DNA of 64,000 bases, taken from NCBI RefSeq assembly GCF_006345805.1, contig NC_042999.1:90954001-91018000 (forward strand), read 5' to 3'. Both the position numbers and the translations under genes were made by a program. Below, in pieces: positions 56,228 through 64,000 of this stretch. This DNA comes from Octopus sinensis (taxonomy: Eukaryota). The notes beneath the pieces were generated by a model. The model saw only the letters and a list, made by a program, of their open reading frames with translations. It searched no databases and was not told the origin of the DNA. How positions within the stretch are numbered: the stretch's first letter is position 1; each line of letters starts with the position of its first letter.

Positions 56228-56272
56228 CGTGCGCTGACGACCGGTAAATATCCAGAAACCCGGGTTCGTTCG
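56228..56272 (+). ncRNA. Degenerate minimal hammerhead motif at the start of an unassigned repeat (56220-56420)
   Basis: CGTGCG-CTGACGA-ccggtaaatatcca-GAAA-CCCGGG-T-T-CGTTCG. Palindromic ACCCGGGU stem III; stem I 5/6 paired; stem II weak. Confidence 0.5.
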
Positions 56273-56434
56273 TATCATGTCAGGTCGACGATGGGAAGGA
56301 TGGCTTCCCTTTGCAAATACTGATAGGGCACAGAAAGTGTGTCAATAGCCAGCTGGAGAAGATGTTCTCCTGGGGCTACAAGCTGCAATAGCATTCACCT
56401 TTAGTGGTTAGCCACATTTAAACGGTAAATATAC

Positions 56435-56496
<62 letters not shown>

Positions 56497-56520
56497 ACCA
56501 ACGAGTCTGAATCACACACA

Positions 56521-56550
<30 letters not shown>

Positions 56551-56555
<5 letters not shown>

Positions 56556-56666
56556 CCTGCTCGCTTAGCCAGCGGGGTGGCGTCATTCGAAGGATAAAAC
56601 AATGCGAACGCATTGTGACCAGCGATGTGTAGCAACATCTGATGGTCTGGTCGGTCATGTGATCAT

Positions 56667-56672
<6 letters not shown>
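56551..56672 (+). mobile_element. Isolated 3' tail of group-C SINE (5'-truncated)
   Basis: ttggcctgctcgcttagccagcggggtggcgtcatt...gtagcaacatctgat matches the reverse complement of 2345-2465. Confidence 0.85.
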
Positions 56673-56701
<29 letters not shown>

Positions 56702-56708
56702 CTAGCCT

Positions 56709-57174
56709 GTTAAAAAACACCTTCATTGCTAGGAATAAGAGCTAAAATGCTCTAATGCTTTAGTTAGCGGACATGAATGAAAACATGCTAACAGGGACCA
56801 TAATTGTCCGAAAAAACCGACCGAGAATTCTTTAGATTGATGCGTCAGTGTTCGCAATTGCCAGCTCGGTGTTCGACTATTCCCGGACCTAGTTCTTTAT
56901 TAGCATATATGTTTTCGTCATCCAAATTACTGGATGATTTAGCTATTCGCTAATGTGTATACACAAAATTAATGCAGGTTGCAATATTTCACCAAAAGGG
57001 AGAATTATAATTGTCACTAAATGTAATTAGGATGTTAAAAAAACCCACCTTCATTGCTAGAGATAAGAGTTAAAAAGCTCTAATATTGTAGTTAACACAC
57101 ATGAATGGAAACATATACACCGAAAATCACCGGCCGTCAATTTTTAAAACTGACGCGTCAGTTTCCGCAATTTG
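56709..57174 (+). repeat. Diverged ~150-bp direct repeat pair (56709-56861, 57034-57174)
   Basis: gttaaaaaa(ac)ccaccttcattgctag..ataagag.taaaa.gctctaat...tga.gcgtcagt.t.cgcaatt occurs twice. Confidence 0.75.
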
Positions 57175-57424
57175 CATATATATATCTTAATTTGGCAAAG
57201 ACCAACATCTTAGAAATAAGGAAAACCAACAAATCACAATTACCTTGAGGGATATGTAGAAAAGACGTGGGTAGAATTAGCATAAGGTGTACTCGATGCA
57301 ATGTATTGTCTCGTAAGAGGTGCAAAAATATCAGAGGAAGGTTAACAGAGAAAGTAGTCTTCCAGTGTGCCAGGTATAAAGGTGCAACATATACTAGAAA
57401 TGTACAGAAAATGTATTTCATCAA

Positions 57425-58212
57425 ATGCTAGTGCGATACTTAGTAGTAGTAGCTGGTTTACGTTATCTGGGTGACCAAGTTAACGGTGGAGATGGATTCT
57501 TTGAGAGCGTAAATGCTGGAATAAGAATAAGCTGGGGAAATTTTAGAGAACCTCTACCTTTGATAATAAAGAGCTTCTCCCTACAATGTGCATTTCCTAC
57601 AATGAAAGGCACATTGTATGATACCTATGTAGTAACAGCCATGCTACACGGCAGTGAAACATGTGCTGTGAGGGTACGCGAAAGCTTGAAAGAACAAATG
57701 GAATTAGTATGCTTCGCCGGATGTGCAACGTAACTCTGAATGTACGACAGAGTGTAAGCTTCTTCAGAAAAAAATTGGGCATGAGAGGCATTAGATGTGG
57801 CATCCAGGAGAGATGAATGGGTTGGTATGGTCATGTGATGCCTTTGGACGGGGAAAGCTGTTTTAACTGTGAAAAACGTAAACCCAAGAAGACATGGAAT
57901 GAGGTGGTGAAGAATGATCTTCGGATGTGGAGGTGAAGACAAGTGATCGGAACATTTGGCGATTTGCTGTGCTTGACAAGACACATTAAGGTAAGTAAAA
58001 TCTTAGTCGTGGCCAGTACCAGTGATATGCAAAAGACATCCGTGCCAGTGACACATAGAAGATACCCGCTACACTTCTGGAGTGGTTGGAAATAGGAAGA
58101 GCATCCAGTTGTAGAAATCAAGCAAAATCATACGAGTGTCTGTTACAGCTCTGCAGGCAAACCGTGTAACCTAAGTCAACATGGAAAACGGACGTTAAAT
58201 GATGATGACGAC
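57425..58212 (+). mobile_element. RTE-clade LINE 3' fragment
   Basis: RYLGDQV...RISWGNFRE...KGTLYDTYV.TAMLHGSET...; tail catggaaaacggacgttaaatgatgatg. Confidence 0.85.
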
Positions 58213-58265
58213 GATTTATATACACATATATGCGCGTATATATATACATATATATATATATATAT

Positions 58266-58299
<34 letters not shown>

Positions 58300-58326
58300 A
58301 TATATATATATGAATAATAATAAATG

Positions 58327-58571
58327 TGCCCTTTTAAAGCTTAGCCAACCTCATGGGCCCGGTTTCACGGATTTTATGGCGTATGTGTTCCCCAGGTGGA
58401 CGGGACGCCAGTCCATCGCAGCGTTACTCATTTTTGTCAGCTGAGTGGATTAGAGCAACGTGAAATGAAGTGTTTGCTCAAGAACACAGCGCGTCGCCCG
58501 GTCCAGGAATCGAAACCACAATCTTAAGATCATGATGCTGACACCCTAACCACTAAGCCACGCACCTCCAC
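58327..58571 (-). mobile_element. tRNA-derived SINE (group-C-like head, distinct body/tail)
   Basis: The minus-strand head is GTGGAGGTGCGTGGCTTAGTGGTTAGGG...GGTTTCGATTCCTGG, followed by ttgagcaaacacttcatttcacgttgctc. Confidence 0.85.
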
Positions 58572-59172
58572 ATATAAATATGAATATGTATGAATATATC
58601 AATATACATGTGTGTGTGTGTGCGCGTATACGTGTGAGTTTGAGTGTGTGTATATGTGTATATATGCGTATATAATCTCATTATTGCGAGAAAATATTCC
58701 AGTTTTTGACTGCGACAACTGCAAAGGAGAAATATTCTATTTGCTTCCCAAGATGAAGGCTCTCGCAACTAGGCTTTCAAATATTTATATGCAAAAGTAT
58801 TGATTTCTTCTTCATATGCAGAATGGAATCAATTTAAGGGAATGGAAAATAGACAATTGAATATCTGGTACTTTCTTTTGTTAAACAAGTGGGTGTGGGT
58901 CTCAGGGAGTTTTATACCTGAAAATCTATAAAATATTATGTTGCTTCATTTTTGACAGGACCAAACGGTCTAAATTTAGTGAAAGGATTTAGTGAAGGGA
59001 ATATTTGGATATTCTCATTTTTATGTCGATCCTATGGTAATTATTGGCTGACATAAAGGGAAATGTTTTTCTACGTACGTGGGAGTGAAATAGTTACAGC
59101 TTAGGATGTGATCTCTACCTTGTTAAGAGCTAACGTCTTGCTTAAAGTGTGCATTTTCATGTAATGTATACA

Positions 59173-60437
59173 TCAGGTCATCTCATGAGTTCAGTCTGAT
59201 TTTACCTTTTTTTAATAGTATTTTAGAATTAAAATTAAAAGTTAATTATGCATTTGTGTACATCTAAACTAATTAAATATTATTTTACAGAATAATAGAA
59301 TTAAAATTTATCTAATTAAAATCTTTTCTAACATGGAAGTATCCAAAGAGCATTTAAGGCACATAATACTTTATGAGTACAAAGAAGGAAACTCTGCAGA
59401 CGAAGCGATTCGAAACATACACGCAGTTTATCGGGAAAATGCTTGAATGAAAGAAATTGCAGAAGATGGTTTGCAAAATTCATAAGTGGAAATTATAGCC
59501 TTGAAGATGAAGACCGAACAGGAGGTCCAATTGAGTTCGATGATAAGCTCCTGGAGGCATTAATTGAAGAAAATCCTGCAGTATCAGTCGAAGAATTGGA
59601 AATAAAGTTTAGTTCAAACCATACAACTGTTCATCGTCATCTTCAATAACTTGAAAAAGTTCCTAGACTTGGAAAATGGGTGCTTCATGAATTGTCCGAA
59701 AGCAACCCCAAATCCCGAGTTGACTTCTGCTATTCTCTCCATTCTCGCGAACTCATTTCACTCTTTTTGGATAGACTTGTGACGGGTGACGAAAAATGGA
59801 TCATCTATCGAAATGTTAAACGTCATAAACAGTGGCTTGGTAAAAGGGGAAAAGCTCAACCACAACCAAGAAGGGAACTTCATGGGAAAAAAAGGTTCTC
59901 TCTATCTGGTGGGATTGCAAAAGAGTAATTTCACTTTGAATTGTTACCACCTAATGCAACAATCAATGCTGAAGTCTACTGTCAGCAATTAGAGCGTTTG
60001 AACCAAGCGCTGAAGAAGAAAAAGACCCGCTTTAGTGACTCGAAAAGGAATGATGTTTCATCAGGACAATGCGTGGCCCGACACTGCAAAGATCACATCA
60101 CAGAAGATCGAAGAGCTTGGTTGGGAATAAATTCTTCATCCACCTTATTCTCCCAACCTTGCTCCTTCAGACTACCATTTGTTTCTTAGTTTATAGAATC
60201 ATTTGGGGGGACATAATTTTCACAAGCCAAGGGGAGGTCAAAACTGACATTTCAGTGTTCTTCGCTTTGAAACCAAAAGACTTTTACATTGATGGTATTA
60301 AAAAGCTTGTAAATAGATGGAAGGAAGTCATAGATAATCAGGGAAAGTACATTGATGATTAAATTTCAATTATATATACCATTTGATCACTTGTTTTCTT
60401 TATCCAAAATTCGGACACAACTTATGGGATGACCTGA
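59173..60437 (+). mobile_element. Full-length decayed mariner transposon
   Basis: TIRs TCAGGTCATCTCATGAGTTCAGTCTGATTTT / TCAGGTCATCCCATAAGTTGTGTCCGAATTTT. Transposase 59333-60362 with WVLHEL, VTGDEKW, HQDNA and HPPYSPNLAPSDYHLF (D,D34D-type), with stops and frameshifts. Confidence 0.95.
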
Positions 60438-60859
60438 TACACACACACACACGCAAACATATAGCTTATTTTATCCTTAGTACCAATCCTTGCTTTCCTC
60501 TCTCACTATCACTCTCTCTCGCTCTACCTCTCTATTTATTTGTTTTTCTTTCTCTTTACCCCTTAATCGCCAACGTCGATACGTTCGCGTCTATTTTGCA
60601 ATATTTACACTATTAATCTACACGGATATATACAGAGGATTGCATCTAAGGTCTGACGGAGCAACATCTACACGATCGGAAATTTGAACTGTGAACTTTT
60701 ATGCTTCTGTTTTCTTCTCTTTCTTCCTCTCCTTATTCCTTTTCTCCTGTCCTCTATGTCGTCATTTCATTAATCTATACTCTTCCCATTTTCCCTATTT
60801 GTCTCCGATGACGGAATATCCCAGAAGCAGCTGTAAGACTTTGAATTTTTACAATGGAG

Positions 60860-61160
60860 GAGACCCCTTCGGTCATGAATGACCATGGGATTGCACCTAG
60901 AAAGTTATCCCCGAAGCACAAATCCGGTTAAGGTTGTTTGTGGAAGCCCAGCAGTCGCCCAGGCATACCAGCCTCCCCTCTATACACCACTGATGTTATC
61001 CAAAGACAGAGGCCGATACAGCTTGGCATCAGTGATGTCGCAATTCATTTCTACAGCTGAGTAAACTGGAGCAACGTGAAATAAAGTGTTTTCCTCAAGA
61101 ATACAACACACAGCCTCACGATCGTAAACTCGACGCTATAACCTCTGAGCCATATGCCTT
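60860..61160 (-). mobile_element. tRNA-derived SINE sharing the core of 58327-58571 with another tail
   Basis: Minus strand: ggcatatggctcagaggtta...ttgaggaaaacactttatttcacgttgctccagtttactcagctg, then an unrelated tail. Confidence 0.75.
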
Positions 61161-61579
61161 TCCTAATTTTTCCAATAATAATTACGTATATGATTTGAGA
61201 TGTTTGTCTCGTCTTAACGTTTGTTGTCCTCTTTAACAATTATATATATATATATAAGTAAACAAAGAGAGAGAGGGGTGGGATAAAGAGATACATACAT
61301 ACATACACACATATCCAAATAGACCACCATATTACATATATTTATCTTTGTCGTTGTTACCTCTTTTTTCTTGTATGACTTTATGACTAAATATTTCATC
61401 TAAAAAGTAACCATAAATCTGGATAGTGGTTTTTCTTGATGCTACAATTCATTATGACACTCTCTTCTTGCTGAATGTCAGTTGCCTTCGCCCAGCATAA
61501 TTTATAGCATTAAAAAGATTATCATTTATATTGTCCGTTGTGTCGTTTTTTTTTTATGTAGTATATTATCTATGGTAGA

Positions 61580-61990
61580 ACTGTCAGTACGCAAGGCAAA
61601 GTGCTTAGCAGTTTTTCGTCTGTCTTCACATTCTAATTTTAAATACCGCCGAGCTTGGCTTCGCCTTTCGTTCTTGCGGGTTCGATACAATAAATACCAA
61701 ATTTAGTATTGGGGTCGATGTAATTGACTTATCCCACCTCCCACAAGCTTGTTGATCTTGAGTCCAAAATCATGGTTATCTATGGTAGTAAGTTGGTAGA
61801 ATTTCTCAATCCTCAGGCAAAATGACTTTGCAAGATTTGTTTCGGCATTTTGCTCATCAGTTCAAAACCCATCAATGTTAATGCTATATTTTACCCCTCC
61901 GATGTTGATAAAATAAAGTACTAATCAAGCATTTGCGTTGATGGCTCCGGCAGACTCCTTCCCTGAAAATTGTTAAAATTTTGAATAAAT
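61580..61990 (+). mobile_element. Two degraded group-B SINE copies
   Basis: Blocks gtgcttagcagt...ggggtcgatgtaattgactt and tagaatttctcaatcctcaggcaaaatg...gataaaataaagtac. Confidence 0.6.
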
Positions 61991-62009
61991 TAGAATCCAC
62001 TATCATTTC

Positions 62010-62385
62010 TTTTAACTTTTATTTTATCAGTCATTAGACTGCGGCCATGCTGGGGCACCGTCTTGAAGAGTTTTAGCTGAATGAATCGACTCCAGTATTT
62101 CTTTCTTAAGCCCGATACTTATTCTATGGGTTCCATGCTGAATCGCGAACACACCAGCACCGGTTGTCAAGCGGTGGTGGGGCTACAAACACAAACAAAA
62201 AGACACACACGCGCGCACACACATATTTATATACGATGGGCTTCTTTCTGTTTCCGTTTACCAAATCCCCTCACAATCGGCCCAAGACTATAGTGGAAGA
62301 TACTTTGCCAAGGTGCCATGCCGTAGGACTCAAGCGGGAACAATGTAGTTGGGAAGCAAGCTTCTAAACCACACAGCCACAGCCT
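62010..62385 (-). mobile_element. Group-A SINE
   Basis: Matches family blocks. Confidence 0.82.
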
Positions 62386-64000
62386 TTTGGATATCTATAT
62401 AGAGTATACATCAGATGAATTGAAGACCCTAGCGATATTCCTTAATGAAACTTCATGCATCAAGGAAATACTTTTAAAAAGTAATTCAATTTCAGAGAAA
62501 CTACAGCTTAGTATATTTTGCTACGCTTGGTATCATTGAACAACATAATCATGACAAGCCACTCTTACCAGCTGAGCAATTTCAATTATTTAAATTATGT
62601 GTATCTAAATATTTCTAAAACTGTTGTCTCTCATTCGTAAAATGTCATGAACAATATGCTTGAGTTAATAACAATTAAATAATCGACATTTCATCATCTA
62701 GATAAAGATTTTTAATTCCGATAGTATGTGGTCAGTCGTCAGATAATTGTTTTTTTAATTAATAACAGTTCATGAATATCTAAGACTTAGCAAAAATCTT
62801 GCTCTTCTACAGCACGTGTACCACTTAATTGTTGCTGCTAATTCTAGCATTGCAGAAGTTACGTTTTTCAAAAAATAAAAAAAAAGCAGCATAAATTTCT
62901 GTTTACTCCTCCAATTAAATCATGTTTGTGGAACCATATAATTTTATATTCAATAATGTTTAATTTAATAAATTAAGAATTATTGCATTTAAAATTACTT
63001 TATTGAAACAATTCTAACATATATTGTATTATTCATATAGAATCTGAATACATAGAAAGTAGCTCTTTTATTTACAGTTTCAAAAAGAATCTCTGCAGAA
63101 TCTCCATTTATGAGTCTCAGCTTGCATGATTAAATATTATCAAATTAAAAGCTGTTTTCGATATTAGAATGAATTTTGTTACTTTTACCTCTCCGAGTGT
63201 GCCGGTAATCACTAAGGCAATGTTTGACTGTCATAACTACTGAATAAATTCCTTCCAATCGCGTCATCAACATCTGCCCAAGGTGGTCGCTCGACGTGCG
63301 AAACATTGTAAATCACCCCTACTCTCTTAAAGATGAAGGAAAGAATATTTCTATGCTTGATTACACTATATTTAAATAAGGCAGTATGTTCAAAGCAAGG
63401 ATAGTTTGCTTTAAAGGTCATCACTTCTGGCGACGAAATATCCTTTCGAAATCCTTTCAAAACTCCCTATTATAATTGTAAGCGCTTTCCTATGATTTCT
63501 ATGCGTCCACTGAACAGCACAATTCACATTCCAACGGTAACCAAGTATTCTTTTATAATATTCCATGAATATTATGTACAATTATTATTCTCTATAGAGT
63601 TAAAATTAAGCAATCAACAGTTTGAAGGAAATATGTTTACGCTCATAATTGAAAGCATCATCTATAAGCTTCAGCAGACAAAACTTTCAATGCTTATCCT
63701 ATTACCACAACAAATATTAATGTCCACGGTGAAGTTAGATTTTGGTGAGAAATTATCTAATTGTTCTAAAGAAGGACGTGAAGTGCAAAACCATCACATT
63801 TTCTATTCACAAGGCTCCAGAGATTATCGTCTTGCCTAAAACAACGAATGTTGTGGGAAATATTATTTAGCTCTTACTCCATACACTTTGAAATTAAAAT
63901 CAAGTAAGATCATATATGCCTGCGATACTTGTGAAATTTATGAAATAAGAACCATAAAATTAGCTTTAAGATACTGGAATATAATCTACTGTAGATATTA

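Noticed and set aside
63212-63839. Longest unexplained ORFs (115 aa plus, 82 aa minus)
   Set aside because: No domain recognised. The minus strand has weak RT-like echoes (KGFRKDISSP, WADVDD), so it is probably decayed LINE or chance.

Overview
Very AT-rich, microsatellite-dense eukaryotic DNA. The SINE families, the abundant (TA)n/(CA)n/(ATT)n tracts and the transposon mix are most consistent with an Octopus (coleoid cephalopod) genome; this is pattern recognition, not a database match. I cannot support any intact host protein-coding gene, so the window looks intergenic or deep-intronic. Nearly all listed ORFs are microsatellite read-throughs or decayed transposon fragments. Identifiable content: three decayed mariner transposons, an internally deleted Ty3/Gypsy element with both LTR remnants, two L1/Tx1-type LINE 3' fragments, R4/Dong-, HERO- and RTE-type LINE fragments, a Helitron Rep fragment, about 20 tRNA-derived SINE copies from three groups, and a 695-bp tandem duplication. 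The most interesting signal is a set of hammerhead-ribozyme (HHR) motifs in four repeats that share no obvious sequence outside the core. The best case is a 523-bp foldback element (1614-2136) whose ~180-bp near-perfect inverted arms each carry a complete type I hammerhead, one on each strand. A second, rearranged foldback element (53281-53906) carries a GUC-type hammerhead core. Both look like non-autonomous Penelope-like/retrozyme-like elements.
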